A stretch of 63,857 nucleotides of DNA, taken from Paraspadella gotoi (taxonomy: Eukaryota > Animalia > Chaetognatha). Position 1 is the first letter of the stretch. Each line of letters begins with the position of its first letter. This document shows positions 23,808-37,434 of this stretch, in pieces. The notes beneath the pieces were generated by a model. The model was not told where the DNA came from. It was given only the letters and a program-made list of their open reading frames with translations, and did not search any database. The position numbers and the translations under genes were made by a program. Location of the stretch: assembly GCA_051294375.1 (NCBI GenBank), contig CM119265.1:25382297-25446153 (forward strand), written 5' to 3'.

Positions 23808-26667
23808 ACCCGTTTCAACGTGGTTATATTATAAATTTAATTTTTTTTATAAAATGTAATTTTAAAATCTTTTTTTACGTGAGGATTAGTTTTTTCGGAT
23901 TATTTTAAAATCTCCAGTCGAGCATAAAAAACTTTTAGTCTTTATTAACGAATTCAAATTACATAATTATGGGTAATTTTCTTTCAGTTTTTTACTAAAT
24001 GATTTTGGCACTTTAAAACTTTAAATATTTAGTTTATATATTCTCAGATAAACATTAGTTTCTTTTAAGCGAAAATATACAAAAAGTTTTAGTGCGAAAG
24101 ATTTATTTTCGGGCAATGATTCAATTATTCAATAATTTAAATTATTTCCCGAAAATTATAATTTAATAAACGAGCTTCCTTCCGATTAACGCTCTTTTCC
24201 CTCGAGATCGGCCCTGCCAAAAGATAAACCCCAATGCGCCTCCGCCTTCCACACCCCCCCCTTTAGCGGGCTCCAGCAACAGCTGATTTTCCTTTTTCTT
24301 CTCCATCATATCGATGACTTAACTCCATCAGACCAACCAAGGGCTAATCTCGGATTCAACGCATCGACTTCCGAAAAGTCGCTCGAGTAATCAAGCTTCG
24401 CTTTACACCCGCTCTCTCGCTGCTTGCCTTTTCTTTCTTAGCGTTTAATTCTCATGAACTTAACCTCCCCCTTCGGCGCCCCCCACCGGGAACGCGCCCT
24501 ACTTTCCCTCTCCTCCCCCTCCCCCGCCGGTGCGCTTGTAATTAAGGAGAACGTTTAGCGCGCGCCAGAGGGCGAACCCCCCTCCACGGTTAACCCTCAT
24601 CTTCATTTGGTTGTCGCCTTGAGGCCGACAACCCCGAACGAAATTGTAAATTAAAGATTTATGTCTGTTTGTATTCTATTGTATTGTATTGTATTGTTTG
24701 TATTGTATTATATTGTATTGTATTGTATTATTTAGTCGCTCAAGATCCTCTCTTGATGATAAAATATCCGGAAAGTTGTTTTTTAAAATTGTTAAATGAT
24801 AAAAAGGAGAGCGAGCTTTTGGAGAGTTCTATTGTTTTTTTTCTAATTTTTATCCGATCTGCTGACAACAGATTCCGACACTATTCCACTTTGTCGGTCC
24901 GTCGGTCCACAACCGAATATTTTCGGTAGTCACTCACATCACCTCAGAATATCGAATATGATAAATTATGCAAAAAAATTTGAATTCCGTCCGTCTTTCT
25001 ATCTGTCTGTCTAAATTAATTAATTATCCGATCAGCTAATTATGCTTATATCGTGTGCAGGTCCAATCATTGTTTCTCGAACTTTTTATATTTTCAGATT
25101 TATTTGTTTTATATGTCATTTAAACTTCTTTTTCATACAATTCTATCCTTCCTTTGTCTTCTTTTTTTCTATTTGCGATTTTCGCGAGATTACCTCCCCC
25201 CTTCCACTCCTCTCCTCAACTTGCCCCCCCCCTCCTGTCTGGATTTTTCACCTAACGATCCTTCAACAAAGAAAGTCTCCTTTTGCCAAAAAAACATTTT
25301 CTTTATTTTTTTTCCACTCAAATTCTCCATTTTACTTTCTTTGTTCTTTTCTTTAATATTTATTAGTTCTTTTATTAATAAAAGTTTTCTGTATTTATCT
25401 AATCTTAGCTAAGATGTCATGTATTTTTTTTTTGTTGTTAGTTTTTGTTTGTTGCGTGGTTGAAATGTTTATTTATTTATATTTTATAATTATATATATA
25501 TATATATATATTTATATTTACTATTTATATTATATTATGATATAATTTATAATTTATAAAAAAATGTAAGAAACATTTTATAAAAAAAAACAGAAAACAG
25601 CCAGAAAAATACACAAAAAACACAGCTCAGAACACAACACAAAACCCAAAACGGAAAAAAGGGGAAAACAATTTGGTAAAAATTAGGAAAAAATCCCTAA
25701 ATGAAGAGGATTTATGTTTTTTCCCGGCAGATGGTCGTCGGTCGATCCCTGACTTTGGGTTCGGTGCCATTGAAAGTTGAGCAAGCTTTTGCGCTATGAA
25801 TCCAGACTTTGTAACCTTAACACGAAAATTTTCTAATATCCTGGAACCAAGCTATTTGTAAGATAGTTTTAAACTTTAGCTGGCACGATGCCAATGCTTT
25901 CGACGCCATTTAAAATGTTAAGCAAGCCGTTGACCTCTTTAACCATTCTGCAGCTTTCCGTCCTTATTAAGCAAGCTTTGACGCCATTTAAATTAGAAGC
26001 AAGCTTTTAACTCCATGTTAAGCAAGTTTTTATCGGATTAAGTTTGAAACTTAAAAGTCGTGAAAGCGGACGATCCAAAACAGGCTTTCGAAGGATCAAC
26101 GCCCAGAAACAGGTCAGGAGTCATCCGACATCTTTAACACCCGGCGCCTCACGCCTGGCGCCGGCGCATTCAGTTTGATGGTTGTTGTGTGGGAATCGAG
26201 CGCCGAGAGGTTGCTCCGGTGCAAAGGCAAGTTGAGACTTGCCAGTGTAAGAGGCGATAACACCCGAGGTTGGCGCATTGCGTGGGGCGGGTGAGTTCAC
26301 TTCGGTCACAATGCCGCCGCGCCGCCGCCGCAGTCGCCGCCGCCGTCGCAGCGACGCCATTCATCGACTTTCTATGCAAACATCGGAATAATTTCTTGGG
26401 TCGTCGTCGTCGCGTCGTCGTCATTTTCCCGTCTGGAGTTGACGTAGATATCATTTTTAATAAGTCATTTTTTTCTCGTGTTTATTGATAAACTTTTCAT
26501 CATTAATTCATCGCAAGGTTGTCGGTCCGGTCGCGTCGTCGTCGGTCGTTCGTCGTCGTCGGTCATTTTTTCTTCATAATCATCTTTTTGCTTTGTTTGT
26601 AAACGATTCGTGAAAAGAAAACATGAATTATTTTTCTGTCCTGCCAAGGGAGAGGAGAGAGAGGAGA

Positions 26668-26722
<55 letters not shown>

Positions 26723-29700
26723 GAAGAGAGAGAGAGGAGAGAGAGGAGAGGAGAGAGAGAGAGAGAAGAAGTTGTTTTCTTCGCGCTTTTCATTTTCCAG
26801 AGGTGAAAAGAAAAATCAGAAATGAATTGAAATAAAGGAAATTTGTTCTTTTTTTGTTCTCTGGTTGTTTTGATTTGTCAGTTTTCTATATTTTTCCCCT
26901 CTGTTGGCGATTTTAGTTTTGTTCCGTTTTCTGAGAGGCCTTGTTTTGTTTTCTTTTTTCCCTTTTCGTGTCCAACGCTCTGTAATCGTTTGCGATTTTT
27001 TAATGGATGTGTTGCTTTTTAAAGTTTCACGACGATGGTTCAGTGATGTAGGTAAGTTTAGTAGAACGAAATCAACTTTAGATTTTATTTCCTTTGCCAA
27101 TTAAACTTTTACCGTTTTCCATTTTGTCTCATTTGTTTTTCGAGGTTCCTGTTTTTCTTTTCCTGTGCCTCCTTGTTTTGTTTGGCCTCTCATTCACATT
27201 TCTTTTCCACCTCACGAATTTCGTCTCCGTGAATCGAAATCTTTTTTTTTTAGTTTCGATTCTGAAGGAGAATTTGGTTTTGAATCATGAAGGTGAATGT
27301 TGGTAAATGAAAGTTAAAATAAACAGGAATGGTAAATGATAAATAATACATGATAAAAAATACAAAAAAGTAAACAGTGACATTTCTTTAATTTTTTTTT
27401 TTTGTTTCCTAAAATTGAGTTGTGAATTTTAGACTTCGGAATCGTGGTTGAGTAACACTATAAGTTTCCCACCTTTTTTTGGTCCGGTCTGTCGTCGGTC
27501 GGTTGGTATAATCTGTTTTGTCGGTCTATCACACTTACGTAAAAATTCATAAATTTGCCTATAGTTGACGATTGCTCATTGGGGTTTTAAAAAGCGCATG
27601 TCATGTAATGTAGCTTCATTTCCAGAAATACTATGATTAGCACACATTTGAATTACCGTTCTGTATTATATCTCGTCTTCAATTTAACGATTAATGATTA
27701 ATTTAATTTTTTTAGCGAAACATTTTTCCCCTATTACTCACCCTCTTTAACTTTTCTTCTGTTTCTCTTACCTTTTCACTTTCCTCTCATCCTTACTTCA
27801 CTTTTTTCCTCAAAAACTAATCTCCTCGTCTCATTTAAGAAATACGTTAGTTTCCGCCCGTCTATATTTCTTCTCTTCTTTTTTCCACTTTTAGTTTTCG
27901 ATATTCAAACGGATCGAGGCGTCAATCGTCGTCGTTGCGTCGTCACCGTCGTCGTCATCGAGTCGTCGTCACGTCGTCAACCCGCATTATATGTTTCTTT
28001 TCCCTCGAATCTCATCTGTCTTATCTTCCATGGCTCTCTCCTTCGTCTTTAATAACTTTACCCTGCTCTTCTACCAACGTCAAACGCACTTCCGTGTCCT
28101 TCCCATGCAATCTTTGACTTTGTCTTCAACTTTGTGTCCTTCCCACAGGAGCTTTCCCTATGTCCTCCAAACGAAATCCTTTTTCCATGTTTTCTACCTA
28201 CATCTTTTTGTTCCTATAGACTCTTGAGCTATAGAGTAATAGAGGCAGGTGGACAGTCCTATACAATATAACCTCTTGTCCTTCTCCTTTTCCTTGTCCT
28301 CCTCCCATTTCACAACTCTTGTCTTCTCCTTATCTTGTCCTCTCCCATTCACACCTCTGTCTCCACCTCAATTTCCTGTCCTCATTTTCCTTGTCCCCCG
28401 CGTTCTCGATTATTGATGGCATTGGCGCCAGAGGAACCCGGACCATTCTGTATCAACTTTGCACGGACTCATCATAACCTGAATAACAGGAGACAGGGTT
28501 TCATAGCGAATAAGATTTCTAGCGTTGATTGTGTATGAAATAAAAGAACACTTTGGTACAATGTAACTGTGTACATACTGAGTGGCAGTTTTTAAAACAA
28601 GAAGTTTTTATTGGTTTGACAATTTAATAGTGTTCAAACTTGTCACGGAAACAACTTGACGTTTATGAGGAGTTTAATAAACTATTACCCTATCTAATAC
28701 TCTTAAGTGGGAGGTTCTTTTATATAATTGAAAATTTATTCATTAATGTTATAACACTTCATTGAATATGAAGCCCCGGAATTAGGGTGTTAATAGACCT
28801 AGTGTGTGAGAAGAGTAAATTGACAAGCTCGTTGGTCCTGTTATTAATCCAACATAGCCTTTATAAGGCAGATGCTTATTTATTATAATTTATGGAATAA
28901 TTCTCTTTAATTGATTGTAACAATATCAGAGCATCCCTCATCGAATTATTTTTTCGCTTCTGTTTTAGTCAAAGAAGATTCTGTCTCCGCTTTATCGAAA
29001 GAGTAAGGCAATTAGATAAGTTTCGAGGGTGGAGTAAGGTTAGCATTGTTTACGAAGGTAACCTATTTTTTTTTGACAAAGCGGAATTGGACGTTGTAAA
29101 GGAAGTGAAGAGAACGAATCATGTTTGAAGGTAGAAAAAGAAAAAAGAGAAGAAGAAAGAAATATGTTGAAACGGTAGGGGGCGACGGTCGACGTCGGGA
29201 CACGCCCATTTGTCAGGCGGTCGGAACGACGCGTATCTCGTCCCGTCCGGGAAAATATTTCGTCTTTTTTTATTCGAATTTAAAAATTCTGTTTATTTAG
29301 AGAGAGGAGAGAGAGAGCGAGAGAGAGGAGAGCGAAGACGATAGAGAGAGAAAGGAGAAAGAGAGAGAGAGGAGCCAGAGAGAGAGGAGACGAGAGAGGA
29401 GAGAGATGGAGAGAGAGGCGAGAGAGGAGAGAGAGAGCAGAGAGAGGAGAGGACTCAAGGGTCAGTTCACGAAAAATAAACGTGAAACATGTTGAAAAAA
29501 AGGAAAGGGGGAAGTGAGGACTGAGGAGAGAAAGAAACAAAAATCGGGAAAATGATTGAGTATTAAAGACGAAAAAAGTTTAGAAGATTAAAGAAAGAAA
29601 GAAAGGAGACAGACTGTTTTGAAAAGAGGGAAAGAATATAAAGACTTTTAGGAGTTAGAATTAGAACGCTGTAAAAATAAAAGAATTGTAGAAAAAGTAT

Positions 29701-31939
29701 TCCTGGAACTGTTCCTCAGGAGCTCCCATTTAAAGTTCTAATCGTCACATTAATTTGATATCTTTAATATCAAGCCAAGAGAGAGATATCAAGTGGAAAA
29801 AAAAAAAAGAAAAGGAAAAAGAAAAAGGAAAAGGAAAAGAGAAGTGACAGAAATAGAAAGAGAAAAGACAAAGAAAAAGACAAAGAAGAAAGATAAAGAA
29901 AAGGAAAAGAAAAAGAAAATAAAAGAAGGAGAAAAGAAAAAGAAAAAAAGAAAAAAGGATTAAAGAAAAAGAAAAGAAAAGGAGAAAAGAAAAAGCAAAA
30001 GAAAAAAGGATTAAAGAAAAAGAAAAGAAAAGGAGGAAAGAAAAAAGAGAAAAAAAAAAGCGATTAAGAAAAGAAAGAACGGAGGAAAAGAAAAGGAAAA
30101 AGGAAAAAAAGGCCTTCCTCACCCTCGAACAAAAACGAATGAAAAGGTGAGAAATCGTTTTAATATATATTTTTACGACGATTTTAGAAATAACAAAAGC
30201 ACACAACATTGTACGGCCGACAACAACTACTTAAACAAAAAAAAACATCAACAACCAGAACAAACAACAAACAATGGAAAATGTCGGCCGCAGAACCGAA
30301 TTTCCCGACAAACGGGAAAGGAAAGCTGAAAAGAATCACCCCGTTTATCCAATATCTTCCTCAGTCCCTTCACCCAATTTTTTTAAGTCGCGCGCGGCGA
30401 GTACTTCCGAGCAACTCTGTAAGTCATTTCGGTCGGTCGATCGATCGGTCGGTATTTCTGTCGCGTCTGTCCGTCGTTAAGAACTCTCAAATTACTCGGC
30501 CGCAGTTTGGTTGCTCATTTGTTAACACAGGAATAACCTCAAATTAAGAGACTGCGAGCGCCGCCTTTTGTTTTTTTTGAAGAAATCTCAATAATTTTCA
30601 TATAACTATAAAAAATAAAAGACGTTATTCCAATGCAGTAGTGTCGAAAATACACGGGAAATACACGGAAAAAAGTTACTGCGGCGCACACACACATTGA
30701 ATCTCCGTTCTTGTTTTTTCTTTTTTAAGGTCGAGGGATTTTAAAAGGACCATTTCGGAGAACAGACGATGCCGTTTATGCTGTCAGATGCCGTGGATGC
30801 CGGTAGTATTTCGTTTAATGTTGTCACATTCTTTCAGATGTTGGCGAATGCTAATTTATACTTTCATGGCGCCGGGTGCCGTAAGATTCGTCAAATGTGC
30901 GTAAGATATGATTAAGCGTAAGATCCGGGAATGTTTTATGATACCGTACAATTCTGATAAATACTTTCAGATGCGCCAGATGCCACAAGATGTGATGTCA
31001 GAGGTGGCTGTGGTATTTCTCCCCACACGGGATTCCTCCCCAACTGGATTCCTCCCACACGGGATTCCTCCCACGCTGGGATCCTCCCCGTGGGATTCCT
31101 CCCACACGGAATTCCTTCCCAAGGAATTCCTCCCACACGGGGAATTCCTCCCCATGGAATTCCCTCCATAAAAATTCCTCCCACACGGAATTCCTCCCAC
31201 ACAGATTCCTCCCAAAGAATTCCTCCACGCGGACTTCCTCCCACACGGATTCCTCCCATGCAGGATTCCTCCCACATCGGTTCCTTGGATTCTCCCAACA
31301 GGCATTCCTCCACGCGGGATTCCTCCCACGCGGGATTCCTCCAAAAGAATTCCCACACGGATTCCTCCCAAGGAATCCTCCCAAAGGAATTCCTCCCGCA
31401 CGCGGATTCCTCCCACACGGGGTTCTCCCACAGAATTCCTCCCATGGAATTCCTCCCAACGCGGGATTCCTCCCATACGGATTCCTCCCATGCGGGATTT
31501 CCTCCACACGGAATTCCTCACGCGGGATTCCTCCCATGCGGGATTCTCCCACACGGGATTCCTCCACACGGGATTCCTCCAAACGATTCCTCCACGGAAT
31601 TCCTCCCAGGATGCTGGTTTTGCGCCCCGCGACTCGCCACGATATTTAGTCTCCTTTATACCAGCCAGGCTCAGGCCTATTTTCTCCGTCATTCTCTGAT
31701 GGAATTGCGTGTTGGAAGCCAGAAGAATTCGATCCAAGAATAAATCCGAGAGAAATAAATTTGAGAAAAAAATAAATCAGGAGATAGCGAGAACAAAAAA
31801 GGGGAAGAAAGGCTTAATGGGGAAAGACAAGAGGGGCGGAACAGAAAATATGGACATTGTCCCGTGGAAATAAATCTCACTATCTCTCGCTAGTTATTTC
31901 TCGCTGATTTATTTTCATTTCCTCCCTCTCTCTCTCTCT

Positions 31940-31971
<32 letters not shown>

Positions 31972-32869
31972 TCCATCTCCTCTCTCTCTCTCTACCCATC
32001 GAAGGATTCAAATCCCAAGAGTAAATTTTAGAAAACCTTAAAAATAAACACGGGTTCCGCTTGGCACTAAGATAACTGTTTGGGTATGGACCTGCTTAGG
32101 CTGTCGAGCTCTCGGCTTGCGGAGATATCGAGTAGACCCGCCTGCTGAGGCCAATAGAGACCGTTTTTGGGCCTACCCGCGGCCAACGCTGGCCAGCGAG
32201 AAAATTCTGAAGACAACAAGGCGGAGGTATCGAATTGATTCGTCCTCTTTCAAAGCTGGGGGGGGAGAGGGGGGGATGTAGTGGGCGTGGCGATCATGTG
32301 AGTCGAAGAAGGAAACGGATTTCCCGGGTAGATGGAAAGAAAACAGCGACAAAACAACAACACCAAAAAAGTAAACTAAACGACGACGACGACAACGGAA
32401 AGAGAGGAAGGGCGGCAAGAAAACGACAGAAACAACAAACACTACAACAACAACAACTACAACAAAACCAACAACAAAATGCTAACGAAAACAGAACGCT
32501 CCAACGAAAACAGAAGCGACACGACAACGACGCAAGGGAAAACAACAACAAAAGTCTCATCGTTAAAACTCAGACTTCATTGGATCGGATAAACGAGCAG
32601 TTAAACGGGGAGGGGGGAAAAGAAATAGCGACTGTGGAGTGGAGAGCGGCATTGTGAGCAGCATTGGTGAGCGGTATTGGTGAGCGGCATTGGTGAACCG
32701 GCATTGTGAGCGATTGATGAGCGGCATTGGTGAGAGGCCTTGGTGAGGCGCATTGTGAGCGGCATTGATGAGCGGCATATGTGGAAAGTAAAGGTGGAAC
32801 GTGATCGAGAAAAAAGTGATGAGATGTGCCTATATACCTTTCATCCATTCGCGAAAAAGACAATGACGA

Positions 32870-33270
32870 TTTTTCATCTCCACGCTCAATTTTCTATCTC
32901 CCACTTAATTTTCCATCTCCTACCTCAATTTCCATTCCCACCTTAATTTTCCATCTCCACCTCATTTCCATCTCCTACTCAATGTTCCATCTCCACCTCA
33001 ATTTCCATCTCCCACCCTCAATTTTCATCTCCACCTCATTTTTCCATCTTCTACTCCAATTTTTCCATCTCCCACCTCAATTTTCCATCTCCTACTCATT
33101 TTCCATTCCCCCTCATTCCGATCCCACTAATTTTCCATCTCNNNNNNNNNNNNNNNNNNNNNNNNNCCACCTCAATTTTCCATCTCCCACCTCTATTTTC
33201 CATCTCCCACCTCAATTTTCCATCTCCCAACTCTAATATTTCATCCCCCACCTAAAATTTTTATCTCCCA
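32870..33270 (+). repeat. ~20-bp minisatellite TTTTCCATCTCCCACCTCAA
   Basis: Tandem units; also at 15499-15570, ~53310-53670, and inverted at ~18940-19360 and ~39470-39885. Confidence 0.9.
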
Positions 33271-33625
33271 CCGCAAGAGACCCGAAGCTTCGACTTTTTT
33301 TAAGGAAAAAAAAAACCTTTTTAACGAAAACTGGTTCGTCATTTTTCAAAGACGAAAGACGATATATCGGATATAACGATGCAAAAACCAATTTTTTTGG
33401 TCTCTTCTTTCATTGGCCGACAACCGACTGGCGGGTTAATTCATTGGTCAATTGATAAATTTGACGATTACACCGAATTGAAAAACCGCAAAATCTTTAA
33501 TACCTAATACTAATACTACTAATAAAATTCTAAATACCTAATACTATGAAATTATTTTTCACTGACCTAATGACATCTATAATGTTTAATGTACATTTTT
33601 ACGATATATAAAATTATTATTTACG

Positions 33626-34013
33626 GACCAAAGTCAATGACAAAATAAACTTTTTTGAGATCGCTGACGATTTCGCTCTCGCCGTCGATGGGTCGTGGCG
33701 ACAATGAAGCCGCTGCAGTTGCTCCTGCAGTCGCCGCTGCAGTCGCCGCCGCAGTCCCCGCTGCAGTCGACGCTGCAGTCGCCCCTGCAGTCGCCTCTGC
33801 AGTCGACGCTGCAGTCGCCGCTGCAGTCGCCGCCGAAACGGATTCCACCGCCATCGACGCCGCCACAAATGCCGTAATCGATGTTCGCCCTTCGATTAAA
33901 CCCGTGGAATCGTAATGGCGTCCATAAAAGGACGACGGTGGTGGCGGCGGCGGCGGCTGCAGCGGCAGCGGAATTCGTCTCAATACAGGAAAAACGATCT
34001 ACGTGAATAGGAG
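33626..34013 (+). CDS. Candidate Ala/Val-rich coding exon containing a 12-bp repeat (GCTGCAGTCGCC)
   Basis: Reads LRSLTISLSPSMGRGDNEAAAVAPAVAAAV...AETDSTAIDAATNAVIDVRPSIKP and, after a frame change, DDGGGGGGGCSGSGIRLNTGKTIYVNR; donor AG|GTGAAT at 34014; acceptor TTATTTAG visible in copy C (54021). Confidence 0.4.
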
Positions 34014-34906
34014 GTGAATTTTGGTTCTCTTACTCACATCCGGTCTTCACTTTGGACCTTAGGACTCAAGCCCGGGAAAAGATCTTTTTTAGGACTGGAA
34101 GTCATTGAATTTTTCAGGACCAGATTCCCTGGTATTTCTGTCCGTTTGTCCTCTCTTTATCTGTCTGTCAGTCTGTCTTGGCGGCAGATTTAATCTTTTT
34201 CTCCTGTTTCTTATTCCCACAAAATCTCGAAGCCATTCGGGTTTTACCAGACTTTGATATCGACGTCGCAAAAATGGAAAAAAAAACAATAAAGAAAAAC
34301 TGAGAAGACAAAAAGGAGGGAAAAAAGTGGAATAAGAGAAAATGCTTGTTTTTTGCAGTTTGGTTGATTCCAAGCGGGAGACCAGAGATTCAGATACGAT
34401 TCCATTCGAAGAAAAGAGAATTCCATCCCATTTTCTTTTTTCTTTTTTAAACTTTTTTTTATTCGTGTACAAAGCAGAGAGTTATTTTTATTTTAACAAA
34501 CAACGATATAATTGTTTAAACGGACACGTTTCGATTCTGTTTCTCGTCTACACCAGCGCTTTTGACATGAAGACGAAACATGTCCGTTAAACAATTATAC
34601 CGTTGTTTGTTGAAAAAAAAACTATCTGTTTTGTACACGTATTCCAAAACGAAAAAGAAAGGAAAGGACATTTAACTTTTTTTATTATTTTGTCTACCAA
34701 ACGGAAGTTCGACCCGATAAAAAGAATTGAGAAATTATTTCATCTTATGCTTATGAACTTATGCTGTAAGGCATCGTTTTATAAATATTTTGTGTCTTAC
34801 AATAGGTGCATACAGTCATTTAAGTTAAAACCTGGCAGATTGGTAATCTAAATTCTTCAAATAATAATACATATATTTTATACTTTTATAGTAAAGTAAT
34901 TACCAG

Positions 34907-35034
34907 GAAAAGCGTTTACGAAAGAGAGTCCGTGCGGGGCAACACCTGAAACTCTCCGATTCCTGTTTTTGGTTCTGTTTGGCACTGTATCCCGAATGAT
35001 TTCCTTCGCCGAATCAATTATGCACCGAAAATGA
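34907..35034 (+). CDS. Candidate terminal coding exon
   Basis: TTACCAG acceptor; by-eye consensus of four copies gives (R)KSVYEESPSAATPETLRFLFLFCLATVSRMISFAESIMHRK*, phase-compatible with the 34013 donor. Confidence 0.35.
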
Positions 35035-35157
35035 AGTAGAAAAATTCGTGTTTGAAGAAAAAAAAAGTAAAAAACAATAAAAAGGAAAAGCAAAATAATA
35101 TATTCAGGTTTACGGCCCACGAATAAAGCACGAGGAGACGGGCTTCTTTTAATATTT

Positions 35158-35204
35158 ATCTCTCCTCCCTCTCTCTCTCCTCTCTTCTCTCTCTCTCTCT
35201 CTTC

Positions 35205-35284
<80 letters not shown>

Positions 35285-35610
35285 TCTCTTTCTTACTTCC
35301 TTCCCTTTATTCTTTCTTCTTCCCTTCCTAGCTTTCCCCCTCCTCTTTCATTCCTCTCTCCCCTCTTTTCTCCCCTCTCCCTCTCCCATCCCTCCCTCCC
35401 CTTCCTTCCTCCCTCTCTCCCAACCTTCCCTTTCCCATCCTGCTCTTTACCCAATCTCCCTTCCTCCCACTCCCTGTTCCTCTCCCTCCCTTCATCCCCT
35501 CACCTCTCCCGATCTCCCATCCGCCTCCCTTCTCCCCATCCCTCTTCCTCCTCCCTCTCCCTTCCTCCCTCCTTCCTCTTCCGATCTCCCATCCTCCCTC
35601 CCTAACCCTC
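35158..35610 (+). repeat. Polypyrimidine (CT)n/CCCT tract
   Basis: Nearly pure C/T; mirrored as polypurine at ~16340-16760 and ~37020-37430. Confidence 0.9.
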
Positions 35611-36219
35611 CGCTTGATATATACACGCTTTCCTCCACTGATACTTTATTGTTTCCCCAACAGTGATTTTTGTCTTTCAATTCACTTCCGACGATTTTTT
35701 CGCTCCCGTTTCGATTTTTCCGCACCAATAATTTATTCGCCTTATCTTCCTTCTTCTTTTCTTTCTTCTTTTTCTTTCTTTTTGTTGTTTTTAGGTTTGG
35801 ACGTTATATTTTGGTAGTTGTTGCCCGTAGAGCAACCAAATCTTTTTTTGTTGGGTACATTGGCTCACAAGCAATGACACACCACTCTATCTTTTATTTC
35901 TCTCTCATCTCTCTCTCTCTCTCCTCTCTCTCTTCTCCTCTCTCTCTCTTCTCTCTTTCTCTTCCATCCCTCTCTCTCTCTTCTTTCTCTCTCCTTCTCT
36001 TCTCTCTTTCCTCTTCCTCCCCCCCTATTCCTCTCACTCCCTCCCACACCTCACCATTCACCACGATCAAAATTACGGTGATCGAAACTTTTCTCCGACT
36101 TTTTTTTTATCACTTTTTTATTTCCCATTCAACTCTCGTTTTACTCCGCGCTCAAAAGAATAATTCGAGGGAAAAGTGGAAATTGCTGTTTTGAAAACGA
36201 GTCGTTGTCGTTATTATTA

Positions 36220-36251
<32 letters not shown>

Positions 36252-36252
<1 letters not shown>

Positions 36253-36676
36253 GTTAGATAGAATAGATAGAGTTAGATAGAGTAGATAGATAGATAGATA
36301 GATAGAATAATAATAGATAGATAATAGATAGATAGATAGGACATATTGGTTTTTAGTACCCAATACGATTGGCGATGATCGATGACGACGATGATAACGT
36401 ACGACGAGGTAAAGTTGAAGGACGATGACGAAGTGACGCGACGCGACGACGACGACGACGACGGACGACGACGACGACGACGAATAATAATAACGACAAC
36501 GAACTCGTTTTCAACAGCAATTTCCACTTTTCCCTCGAATTATTCTTTTGAAGTCGCGGAGTAAAACGAGAGTTTGAATGGGAAAATAAAAAAAGTGATA
36601 AAAAAAAGTCGGAGAAGTTTCCGATCACCGTAATTTGATCGTGGGTGAATTGTGAATGGGTGTGGTAGAGAGAGAG

Positions 36677-36731
<55 letters not shown>

Positions 36732-37360
36732 AAAAGATAGATGGTTGTCACTTGCTTGTGATGCCAATGTACCCACAAAAAAAGATTTGGTGCTCTACGC
36801 GCAACAACTACAAATATAAACGTCAAAAACAAAAAAACAAAAAAGAAAGAAAAAGAAAGAAAGAAAAAGAAGCGAAGCATAAGCCCGAAATAATTATGGC
36901 CGAAAAATCGAAGACGGGCAGGAAAAAACGTCGGGAAGTGAATTGAAGACAAAATCTTAACTGTGGGAAAACTAAATAAAGTCACGTGAGAGGAATAAGC
37001 GCTGTGATATATAGCGAAGGGAGCGGGGGTTAGGGAGAAGGGATGGGAGATCGGAAGAGGAAAGGGGAGGAAGGGAGGGAATAGGAAAGGGGAGGGAAAG
37101 AAGGGAGGGGATGAATCGGGAGAGGGAGGAAGGGGATACAAGGGAGGGGAGGACAGGGGAGGGGAGGGGAGATTGGGGTAAAGAGCAGGAATGGAAAGGG
37201 AAGGTGGGAGAGAGGGAGGAAGGAACGGGGGAGGGAGGGATGGGAGAGGGAGAAGGGGAGAAAAGAGGGGAGAGAGGAGTGAAAGAGGAGGGGGAAAGCT
37301 AGGAAGGGAAGAAGAAAAGAATAAAGGGAAGGAACGTAGAAAGAGAAGAGAAAGAGAAGA

Positions 37361-37434
<74 letters not shown>

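Larger units (their letters stand above)
23386..36251 (+). repeat. Forward copy B of the locus (noisy-read derived)
   Basis: ~420 bp not seen upstream, then collinear with 6322 onward from ~23803; contains a 25-N gap at 33142-33166. Confidence 0.93.
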
